Shown here: in pieces, positions 9,353 to 18,111 of the stretch
Layout: every line of letters begins with the position of its first letter
Position numbering within the stretch: position 1 is the stretch's first letter
Source of the DNA: an uncultured Rhodospirillaceae bacterium
Lineage (GTDB): Bacteria > Pseudomonadota > Alphaproteobacteria > MPNO01 > UBA2964
Reading direction: 5' to 3'
NCBI GenBank assembly: GCA_913052165.1
Contig: CAJXEC010000001.1
Location: forward strand, 30,056-94,055
DNA: 64,000 nt
Notes under the pieces: generated by a model
Told to the model about the DNA's origin: nothing
The model's input: only the letters and a program-made list of their open reading frames with translations
Databases searched by the model: none
Made by a program: the position numbers and the translations under genes

Positions 9353-11662
9353 TCAATCGTGATCCAAGTCACCGCTGCCAGGCATTGGAGTATCCGAGGT
9401 GTTTTTTCTTTTCTCCCCAAAGACTTTTTTTTCCGGTTTGGGAGCCTCGGTATGTTCAGGCCTGGCAATAGCCACTCTTCCCTCTGGCGCGTTTCCTGCC
9501 TTATCAACACCGAAATAAATTGTGCGATGCGGAAATGGCATCTCTATCGACAATTCATCGAAGCGCTTTTTCATCCGTCGATTAAATTCTCGTCCGACAC
9601 GCCATTGCATGATGGGTTGCGTGGTAATTCTGGCTCTGATGTTGACTGCATTATCGCCGAATGAGTCAACTCCTAAAACCTCCAGCGGTTCGACGATCAT
9701 CGGGCCATAAACTTCGTCAGCCTCCATATCACGACCTATTTCATGGAGAATTTCGGTTACCTGATCCGTGTCTTCTCGGTAGGCTACGCCGATCTCAAAT
9801 AAGTAACGTGAAAACTCTTTGGTCATGTTTTCTACGGTACTGACTTCACTGAAAGGAACGATGTGTACATTACCTGCGACATCTCTAAGTCGAATTGTCC
9901 TTAAAGATAGCTGTTCCACAAAACCCGAATGTGATCCAATTCTTACAACATCTCCCACCGCAATTTGATCCTCAGTTAGGATAAAAACGCCCGTTATTAT
10001 ATCCTTAACTAGAGTTTGAGCTCCAAATCCCACCGCCAAACCAACTACTCCAGCACCAGCCAAAAGCGGGCCGATATTTAAACCCATTTCTGACAGCGTA
10101 ACGAGGATAACCAATGTGGACAAAATCACCAACAATGTCGTCCGCAGCAAAGGCAAAAGCGTTTTCGCTCGCGAGGATATATCACTCGCCTCTGTCAAAT
10201 ATCGCTCCACCAGGGCACTCACTACCTCCCAAATAATTACAGTTATTACTATAAGCAAACTCACGGTAAAAAGGCTGCTTAGGAAACTCTGTCCTTGGGA
10301 GGAAGAAATCCAACTACTGACATCCACACCCCAGGCCTCCAGCAGGGCTATTGTAGCTGTCAAAACGATCAATATATTACCTATCCGCTGAATCAAAGGA
10401 ACGTACAGACTAGTCCGAGATTCCAAGCCAGGATAACGAGCCTTAACATCATCCTTTAGAGCAAAAACCCTCGAGATCACTTGGGAAAGGGCGCTAGCTG
10501 AAGCGACGGCCAACACCAAGGTCAACAATGTAATAATGGTCGCACGAAAAAGAAAATCTGATCCTCTTTCTATTTCTAATGCCCAAACGATAAACAGGGC
10601 AGAAACATAAAAAAGTGCTAATACATGCCAAACAGCTGCGAAACGTCTCCGAAAGGATAAAAAAAGCTCGACTTCCTCAGATTTACCCGCGATAAATTCA
10701 GCCACTCTTGCCCTACACTGCAAAATCAAGACTGCAACCATCAACGCCAAAAATAGACCAACTATTTTAAAACCTAAAGAAGCCGGTTGGGCCTTCAAAC
10801 CGCAATCCTGCGCAATATTTACAGTGGTCACACCAAAAATCGCTACATATGTAAGCCGTCTGATCCAGATAAAAAGATAGTTAGCATCCAAATCACTGAG
10901 CTTTACTAATCTCAAGTTTGCCGCAACGGGGGTCAGAAACATTCGGGAAAAAGCCATGATAACTGCTACCCAAAAAAGAGCCTGTAACAGTTTCTCTGAA
11001 ATGGACGCGGCTACTGGAAGAGACGGTTGGCCGAGAGTTTTTGTAGCCAACATGCCTAAAACCAAAAGGGTAACCGGCGGCAGCAAATCAATTATTGTGC
11101 GCGCTAAAAGCGTAGGAAATCTGTCCCAGAAAGACTCTGTCTCCCGGGTTTGAAGGCGCCCACGAGCCCCAGAAGTAATCCTTTGAACCAACAAATACCC
11201 AGTTAAACCAGACCCCAAGATTAGTATTATTTGCCAAAAAAATGAGAAAAGTTTTTCTCTCGAACCCAAGCTGAAAAGATCTTCTGTAAATGCCTGTATT
11301 TCTGTCGGCAGGCGACTGAAACTAGAGGAAAAGGTCGCCAATTCATTGCTCACTCTCTGCAGTCGATCGGAAATTAAGTTAGAAATCCGAGATGAGAGCA
11401 CGGGGTCAGAATTTTCAGGCCCTGTCGCCTTTTGAGCTGCAATCAACGCTCTTATTTGTGAGACCAACGTGGCCCGTGACTCCTTGTCTTCCAGAACATC
11501 AATCAGCCTACTGAGATCGTCGGAGGTTGCAGATTGTTCGGTATCCGAAAAGTTTTGTTGTTTTTGCCCTTGCGCAAGAACAGGTGAACATAAAAAAACA
11601 AACAGAATGAAGAAACAAAATGCTTTGAGGATATATAAGTGCATCTGCTTTTTACGCATCAA
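9353..11662 (-). CDS. Large MscS-family mechanosensitive channel (YbiO-like)
   Basis: LLAGAGVVGLAVGFGAQTLVKD, VGDVV, LRTIRLRD, REFNRRMK; N-terminal signal and many TM helices. Start could be 11641. Confidence 0.9.
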   Translation of the reverse strand: MMRKKQMHLYILKAFCFFILFVFLCSPVLAQGQKQQNFSDTEQSATSDDLSRLIDVLEDKESRATLVSQIRALIAAQKATGPENSDPVLSSRISNLISDRLQRVSNELATFSSSFSRLPTEIQAFTEDLFSLGSREKLFSFFWQIILILGSGLTGYLLVQRITSGARGRLQTRETESFWDRFPTLLARTIIDLLPPVTLLVLGMLATKTLGQPSLPVAASISEKLLQALFWVAVIMAFSRMFLTPVAANLRLVKLSDLDANYLFIWIRRLTYVAIFGVTTVNIAQDCGLKAQPASLGFKIVGLFLALMVAVLILQCRARVAEFIAGKSEEVELFLSFRRRFAAVWHVLALFYVSALFIVWALEIERGSDFLFRATIITLLTLVLAVASASALSQVISRVFALKDDVKARYPGLESRTSLYVPLIQRIGNILIVLTATIALLEAWGVDVSSWISSSQGQSFLSSLFTVSLLIVITVIIWEVVSALVERYLTEASDISSRAKTLLPLLRTTLLVILSTLVILVTLSEMGLNIGPLLAGAGVVGLAVGFGAQTLVKDIITGVFILTEDQIAVGDVVRIGSHSGFVEQLSLRTIRLRDVAGNVHIVPFSEVSTVENMTKEFSRYLFEIGVAYREDTDQVTEILHEIGRDMEADEVYGPMIVEPLEVLGVDSFGDNAVNIRARITTQPIMQWRVGREFNRRMKKRFDELSIEMPFPHRTIYFGVDKAGNAPEGRVAIARPEHTEAPKPEKKVFGEKRKNTSDTPMPGSGDLDHD

Positions 11663-11796
11663 TTATTTTAAAAAGGGTTTCACTAAATATTATAGCACTG
11701 GCCAAACTTCCAAAATAGCCAATTTGCGCCCATTGGCGGGGAGGTCTTGCTTGTCTATGCTCTCTAAAATTTGTTTACGAGAGGTTTTAGAGAGTT

Positions 11797-14130
11797 ATGG
11801 GCGAATTTGCGATCGGTCAACCGCTACCCAGGGAAGAAGATCCCAGATTACTGAGGGGAGACGGGAATTACCTGGATGACATTAATTTTTTAAACCAAGC
11901 ATACGGCTTTGTCTTGCGGAGCCCGCATGCACACGCAAAGATCATTTCTATAGATACGCAAGCCGCAAAAAACTCGCCCGGTGTTGTTCGTGTTCTGACA
12001 GGTGATGACTGGAAAGCAGAAAATTATGGGACCATGCCATGCGAAGATACCGCAATGGCCAATCGTTCAGATGGGACACCGATGTTTCACCCTTATCGCG
12101 GGGCTCTAATCACTAAAAGAGCACGCTTTGTGGGAGATTACATCGCCTTTGTTATCGCTGAGACCCGAGATCAAGCGCGGAACGCAGCAGAACTAATAGA
12201 GGTAGAGTACGAGGTATTACCAGCAATCAACTCGATTGAGAAAGCGCTCGAAGGCGATATTACTTCTGTCTGGCCCGCAAATCCTGACAATATCGCTTTC
12301 ACACTTGAAAAAGGCGACGAGCCGGCCGTCGAGGAAGCTTTTGCAAAAGCGGACAAGATTATAACTCGTGAGTTCCGTATTAGTCGAGTCACGGCTGTTA
12401 CTCTTGAGCCCAGAGGATGCATCGGTTCTTACGACAAGCGGACCGCAAGGTATACGCTTTATACCGGGCTGCAGAATCCTCACCCCGTTCGGCAACAGCT
12501 CACGCAGGGCGTGTTCCATATTCCGGAAACTCAAATGCATGTGGTTCCGGGCGACGTTGGCGGTAGTTTCGGTATGCGAGGAGGCACTTATCCGGAATTG
12601 GCCTTGGTTCTATGGGGCGCTAGACTTACCGATAGACCGATAAAGTGGATCTGCGACCGCTCAGAAGGCTTCATGTCAGATGATCATGGGCGCGATAATC
12701 TTAGCAGAGTCTCGCTCGCACTGGATAAAGAGGGTTTATTCCTGGGCATTAAGGTTCATTCCGTCGCAAGTATGGGGGCATATCTAGCAATCCGGGGGCC
12801 CCGACCACCGACGAACAATTTGGGCACACTTGCGGGGGTATACAGAACGCCCGCGGCCTTTGTTAGGGTTGATGGTGTTTTCACAAATATGAATTGCACA
12901 AACCCGTACAGAGGATCCGGCGCGCCAGAAGCTGCCTTTAACATCGAGAGAATAGTCGACATAGCGGCAGATGAAATTGGAATGGATCCTGCGTTATTGC
13001 GAGCCAAAAATAGTGTAACCCCAGAACAGATGCCTTGGACAAATGCGCTGGGCTTTACGTATGATTGCGGAGATTTTCCTGGAAATCAGGAAAAAGCGCT
13101 GAATGCGATAAACTATGACCAATTTTCTGATCGAAGGGAAAAATCCCGGGTAGCCGGGCGCCTCAGGGGACTAGGTATCTCAAATACAGTCAAAAAAACA
13201 TCTTCACCCTTCCCTGAGACATGCAAGCTCAGATTTGATCCATCGGGCACACTGACCATGATCATGGGAACAATAAGTCACGGGCAGGGCCATGAGACAA
13301 TTTTTAAACAAATCGTCTGCGATAAACTTGGATTAGACCCCTCTATCATTCGGTTTGTCCAAGGTGATACGGACGTGGCAACCTACGGCCGTGGAACGTT
13401 TAATTCACGCTCGACGTCAATCGGCGGCTCAGCTGCCGCATTAGCGTGCAGTAAAACGATTGATAAAGGCAGACGGATCGCGGCTCATATATTTGAAACT
13501 GCTGAGAGTGATATTGAATTCACATCAGGGAATTTCATTGTAACCGGCACGGATCGACAAATTTCTCTTGTTGAGGTCGCGCAAAAATCGTTCCAAGCTT
13601 CTTCCATGCCACCAGACATTGAGCCCGGTCTTGATGAACAAGGTGTTTTCAAACCCGAGTATTGGAATTGGCCGACTGGGGTACAAGTGTGCGAAGTAGA
13701 GATAGATCCTGAAACAGGCGCCACGGACATTGTAAACTTTGTATGCGTTGACGACGTAGGAACTGTAATAAATCCCCTACTTCTTAAAGCACAGATGCAT
13801 GGCGGAATAGCTCAAGGAATAGGTCAAGCCTTGATGGAAAACATCCATTTTGATGGTGCCAGCGGACAACTTTTAACGGGCTCTTTAATGGATTATTGCA
13901 TGCCAAGAGCCGATGATTTTTGCTACATGGACATCATAAGCGCTCCAACCATTACTGCATCTAATCTAATCGGTGCGAAGGGTGGAGGAGAATCGGGGCC
14001 TACGGGTGCTTTACCCGCAACCATTAATGCCGTCATGAATGCGCTAAGGCCGCTCGGCGTCAATCATTTAGACATGCCTGCTACCTCATACCGAATTTGG
14101 CAAGCGATCCAGGCGGCGAGAGCACCTTGA
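11797..14130 (+). CDS. Xanthine dehydrogenase/CoxL-family molybdopterin-binding large subunit (copy 1)
   Basis: REEDPRLLRG, RSPHAHA, VGGSFG, PYRGSGAPE, HGQGHET, DDVGTVINP, GGIAQGIG, KGGGESG. Confidence 0.9.
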   Translation: MGEFAIGQPLPREEDPRLLRGDGNYLDDINFLNQAYGFVLRSPHAHAKIISIDTQAAKNSPGVVRVLTGDDWKAENYGTMPCEDTAMANRSDGTPMFHPYRGALITKRARFVGDYIAFVIAETRDQARNAAELIEVEYEVLPAINSIEKALEGDITSVWPANPDNIAFTLEKGDEPAVEEAFAKADKIITREFRISRVTAVTLEPRGCIGSYDKRTARYTLYTGLQNPHPVRQQLTQGVFHIPETQMHVVPGDVGGSFGMRGGTYPELALVLWGARLTDRPIKWICDRSEGFMSDDHGRDNLSRVSLALDKEGLFLGIKVHSVASMGAYLAIRGPRPPTNNLGTLAGVYRTPAAFVRVDGVFTNMNCTNPYRGSGAPEAAFNIERIVDIAADEIGMDPALLRAKNSVTPEQMPWTNALGFTYDCGDFPGNQEKALNAINYDQFSDRREKSRVAGRLRGLGISNTVKKTSSPFPETCKLRFDPSGTLTMIMGTISHGQGHETIFKQIVCDKLGLDPSIIRFVQGDTDVATYGRGTFNSRSTSIGGSAAALACSKTIDKGRRIAAHIFETAESDIEFTSGNFIVTGTDRQISLVEVAQKSFQASSMPPDIEPGLDEQGVFKPEYWNWPTGVQVCEVEIDPETGATDIVNFVCVDDVGTVINPLLLKAQMHGGIAQGIGQALMENIHFDGASGQLLTGSLMDYCMPRADDFCYMDIISAPTITASNLIGAKGGGESGPTGALPATINAVMNALRPLGVNHLDMPATSYRIWQAIQAARAP

Positions 14131-14161
14131 CCGATTTGAAAAATATGCTGGAGCAGATCGA

Positions 14162-15007
14162 ATGAATGAAAAAACAGTCGCAGGCAGGGTATGTATTGTA
14201 ACGGGCGGCACACGAGGCCTTGGGCTTGCAATGGCGACGGGCCTCGCCCGATCGGGAGCAAAGGTGTTTGCACCCGGTCATATCGCAGAAGATATCCCAA
14301 ACCTGGAGGAGAGCGCGAAGAAATTAGGCAACAATGACGGTGCAATTCATCCACTTGTCGCAGACCTAAGAAAGCCGACAGACTGCGAGTTTGTAATCGA
14401 TAGTGCTCTAAAAAAATATGGAAAGGTAGAAGTTCTCATCAACAATGCTGGTCTGGGTATGCGGCCGTTTTCGGAGAACTTTATGACTGATCCGGTAAAG
14501 TTTTGGGAGACCGATGTAAACCAAGTAAAGGCAACCTTCGATACGAATGCCCTCGGCCCGTTTCAAATGGCAAGAGCAGCGATTCCCCACATGCTCAGAG
14601 GTCATTGGGGGCGCATCATAAATGTAACTACGAGCATTGGTACTATGCAGAGGAGGGGATTCTTTCCTTACGGCCCCTCGAAAGCAGCTTTGGAAGCAGC
14701 AACTCAAATCTGGGCAGAAGATCTGGCCGGATCAGGTCTTACCTCAAACGTGCTGATCCCAGGTCGGGCTGCGGACACTGATATAATGCCAACCAACTGG
14801 AGAGAGAGTAGAGCTCACCGTTCAGGCGCAGAGCCTGCCACCCCCGAGATAATGGTGCCACCCACGCTCTGGCTGGCATCTGACGCATCGAATGGTTTTA
14901 CCGGTTTGCGCTTCGAGGCCGATAAATGGGAAACCAAGATGAGGCCAACAGAGGCGGCAAAACAAAACGCTCGACCAGTAGGTTTTCGCCTCCATGAAAA
15001 CGATTGA
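14162..15007 (+). CDS. Short-chain dehydrogenase/reductase (SDR)
   Basis: TGGTRGLG, NNAG, catalytic YGPSK. Confidence 0.9.
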   Translation: MNEKTVAGRVCIVTGGTRGLGLAMATGLARSGAKVFAPGHIAEDIPNLEESAKKLGNNDGAIHPLVADLRKPTDCEFVIDSALKKYGKVEVLINNAGLGMRPFSENFMTDPVKFWETDVNQVKATFDTNALGPFQMARAAIPHMLRGHWGRIINVTTSIGTMQRRGFFPYGPSKAALEAATQIWAEDLAGSGLTSNVLIPGRAADTDIMPTNWRESRAHRSGAEPATPEIMVPPTLWLASDASNGFTGLRFEADKWETKMRPTEAAKQNARPVGFRLHEND

Positions 15008-15155
15008 GTGTAGGTTTTGGTAGATAATATGATCCTACATATTGCCGAATGTTGTATTCGAAATTTATTGCACATATTAAAAAGTATTGGCCACTCTGTT
15101 ATTAATTTGGCTCAGAAAAAGTGGGCTCTGAATTTATCTCACTGAATAAAATAAC

Positions 15156-15620
15156 TCAGGGTAATTCGCGATACTGGTTGCCCGCCATGTCAATATTTCC
15201 TATGTCCGAGACGGTGGCTAAAGTTTTAGAGAATAACAATGACTGATGAAAACTATTGCCAAAACAAAATAAGCTCATCCGCAAGTCGGTGAAAAATGGG
15301 AATAATGATTTGGGGGCTGTGAACGCTAAGACGCTGACACTAGCGCCACAAAAATATATCCAGTTATTCCCTCCGAGCACTATTCGATTGTGATCGGACC
15401 CTATGTAAACCAGATCTAAAACAAAAATATGGAGCCAGTGGTAGCAATACAAAATGGCAAATGACACCATGATTCAAACGGCTGGAAACACGATTGCTGG
15501 CAGTATGGGCGGAGTTGAAGAACCCAGAGACACTTGCAGCGGCTGTGATAGAAATTCAGGGGGTCAGAAGTCAGATAGCACCCCCCGCTGGAATTCCAAA
15601 AGTAAAATGTGTTGGATAAA
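15156..15620 (-). pseudogene. Possible heavily decayed TRAP transporter large permease (DctM) fragment
   Basis: Fragments in different frames, with stops, in DctM order: YPTHFTFGIPAGGAI*LLTP; QVSLG..AIVFPAV*IMVSFAILYCY; IVLGG/ITGYIF..ASVSVLAF; LLFSKTLA. Recognised by eye only. Confidence 0.35.
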
Positions 15621-15765
15621 CAAAGCGCGAACATCAAAAATGTTTTGGTTGCCCTCCGAAGGCTTAAAACAAATACCAATCGACTCGCCCAGTGGGACTT
15701 GAAGTTTATGAATACGTGATGCCCTAATACCGTCAGCAACTGACTTTTTTTAGGAGGAAGTCATA

Positions 15766-18111
15766 ATGGGTGAATTTGGCATAGGACAAGCTGTTCCTCG
15801 GACTGAGGATCCGCGGCTTCTTAAGGGTGAGGGACGATTTGGCGATGACTTCTCATTTGGAAGAGAAGCAATCGGATATTTTTTGCGTTCGCCGCATGCT
15901 CACGCAAGACTCCTATCTCTAGACACGGAACAAGCAAAAAAAATGCCGGGGGTCCTGTCCATAATTACTGGCAAGGACCTTCAGGAATTAAACCTTGGAA
16001 AGTTTCCTTGCATGGTAACCCGCCATAAACGAGACGGATCAGTACAACAAGCGCCTCGGAGAGGCCTAGCTATAGACCGTGTCCGATTTGTAGGGGATCC
16101 GATAGCTTTTATAACTGCAGAGACTCTCAATAAAGCTAAAGACGCGGCAGAGTGTATCGATGTAAATTTTGAAGTTTTACCCGCCTTTACAAACTTGGAT
16201 CAATTCGGACAGTCCTCAGTAATACCGATTTGGGACGACTGCGATGACAACGAAGCCTTTTATTTTGAAGTCGGTGACAAAACCGCGGTAGATGCTGCGT
16301 TTTATGCCGCAGACCACGTGACCAAAATAAGCTATCGAGTGAACAGAGTTTCCGCCAACGCAATGGAGCCACGAGTTTCTATTGGTGAGTATGACGCCCG
16401 TATGGGACGCTATTTGTTAACCACCAGCACTCAACAAGTCCACGGCATACGTACCCATTTATCGAATATACTTCGGGTCTCTGAGGCGGAGATAAGGGTC
16501 TCTGCTGGGGAAGTCGGTGGTGGTTTTGGCATGAAAGGTGAGTTGTATGATGACCAGCTACTGGTCCTTCTTGCCTCAAAACAAATTAATCGACCGGTCA
16601 AGTGGACTGCGGAACGGACTGAGTCACTGATGTCCGATACCCATGCCAGAGACAACAATGTTTTGGCTGAGCTAGCGCTCAACAAAGATGGTAAATTTTT
16701 GGGGTTTCGGGTGCAAACGCAAGCTGCTTTAGGAGCTTACATGTCGATGATGACCGCTCACTCTCCAACCAATAATCTCGGTGGATTAGCAGGTGTTTAT
16801 ACGACCCCAGCCATTTATACCTCAGTCTCAGGTATTTTTACGAACAATAATAATACGGCCCCATATCGAGGTGCAGGAAGGCCTGAAGCTAGCCTCGCGA
16901 TCGAGAAAGCAATCGACAGAGCAGCTTATGAGATGAACATTGACCGCGCCGAACTGCGTCGAAGGAATATGATTCCTGTAGCATCACTGCCCTTCCAAAC
17001 TGGCTTAATTTTTAACTATGACTCAGGACGTTTTGAAGAGTCACTCGACAAAACATTAGAACTCTCTAGATGGGAAGAATTTGACAAGAGACGTGAAGTA
17101 TCAAGCCGGCTTGGGAAGCTCAGAGGGATCGGAATATCTTTTGCGATAGAACAGTCTGCTGCTCCTATCGAAGAAACAGCTGAAATCCGTTTCGACGGCA
17201 AAGGCGGATGCACTATTTTGTTGGGAACCGTCGCTCAAGGCCAGGGCCATGATGTGACATTCAAACAAATTGTAAACGAACTACTTGGCATTCCTTTAGA
17301 AAAGATCATGTTCTTTCAAGCGGACACCGATATCGTAGCCCATGGACGAGGTTCTTTTGGCTCGCGTTCGGCTGGTAACGGCGGTGGCGCGCTTTTAATG
17401 GCCAGCGAGAGGATAATTGAGAAAGGAAAGCTTCTCGCTGCTCATATGTTTGAAGCTGCAGTTGAAGACATTATTTTCGAGGCGGGAAAATTCTCAATAA
17501 CAGGCACTGACCGTTCTTTAGGAATTGAGCAAATAGCAAGGACAGCCTACGACCTCACTTTACCCGTCAGTATCGAACCCACCCTCCAAGCCCAAGCTGC
17601 CTTTAAACCCTCGGCACCAACATTCCCGAATGGCTGCCACGTATGCGAGTTAGAAATTGATCCAGAGACAGGCGTTGTAGAGTTCATACAGTATATCGTA
17701 GTGGATGATGTTGGCACTGTAATAAATCCAATGCTTCTCAAAGGGCAGATTATAGGAGGCATTGCTCAGGGGTTGGGCCAGGCAATATGTGAAGATGTAA
17801 CCTTCGATCCTCAAAGCGGGCAGCTCTTATCGGCCTCATTCATTGATTATTGTATGCCTCGGGCGGATAATTTCTGCTCAATTGAGGTGGTGAGTAATGG
17901 TGACCCCTCCCCCACAAACCCCTTGGGCATTAAGGGGGCTGGCGAAGCTGGTTGTGTAGGTGCACTGCCTTGCGTGCAAAGCGCTTTAATTAACGCACTC
18001 CAACCTTCGGGGATCACCGATGTCCCTATGCCGGCAAGCCCTGACAGGCTATGGAAGCTAATCTCCAAAGCGCCTAAAAAATCCAGATCGGGGAAAAAGA
18101 CTTATTCATAG
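15766..18111 (+). CDS. CoxL form II-like / xanthine dehydrogenase-family molybdopterin-binding large subunit (copy 2)
   Basis: RTEDPRLLKG, VGGGFGMKG, PYRGAGRPE, QGQGH, DDVGTVINP, KGAGEAG; strong AGGAGG RBS. Confidence 0.9.
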   Translation: MGEFGIGQAVPRTEDPRLLKGEGRFGDDFSFGREAIGYFLRSPHAHARLLSLDTEQAKKMPGVLSIITGKDLQELNLGKFPCMVTRHKRDGSVQQAPRRGLAIDRVRFVGDPIAFITAETLNKAKDAAECIDVNFEVLPAFTNLDQFGQSSVIPIWDDCDDNEAFYFEVGDKTAVDAAFYAADHVTKISYRVNRVSANAMEPRVSIGEYDARMGRYLLTTSTQQVHGIRTHLSNILRVSEAEIRVSAGEVGGGFGMKGELYDDQLLVLLASKQINRPVKWTAERTESLMSDTHARDNNVLAELALNKDGKFLGFRVQTQAALGAYMSMMTAHSPTNNLGGLAGVYTTPAIYTSVSGIFTNNNNTAPYRGAGRPEASLAIEKAIDRAAYEMNIDRAELRRRNMIPVASLPFQTGLIFNYDSGRFEESLDKTLELSRWEEFDKRREVSSRLGKLRGIGISFAIEQSAAPIEETAEIRFDGKGGCTILLGTVAQGQGHDVTFKQIVNELLGIPLEKIMFFQADTDIVAHGRGSFGSRSAGNGGGALLMASERIIEKGKLLAAHMFEAAVEDIIFEAGKFSITGTDRSLGIEQIARTAYDLTLPVSIEPTLQAQAAFKPSAPTFPNGCHVCELEIDPETGVVEFIQYIVVDDVGTVINPMLLKGQIIGGIAQGLGQAICEDVTFDPQSGQLLSASFIDYCMPRADNFCSIEVVSNGDPSPTNPLGIKGAGEAGCVGALPCVQSALINALQPSGITDVPMPASPDRLWKLISKAPKKSRSGKKTYS

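Noticed and set aside
15454..15702. 82-aa plus-strand ORF as a RiPP precursor or small gene
   Set aside because: No clear RBS, no recognisable leader/core pattern and no modifying enzymes nearby; may be the antisense shadow of the decayed minus-strand sequence.
11797..18111. Bona fide aerobic CO dehydrogenase (form I coxL)
   Set aside because: Neither subunit has AYxCSFR, and there are no coxM, coxS or coxDEF genes in the window.
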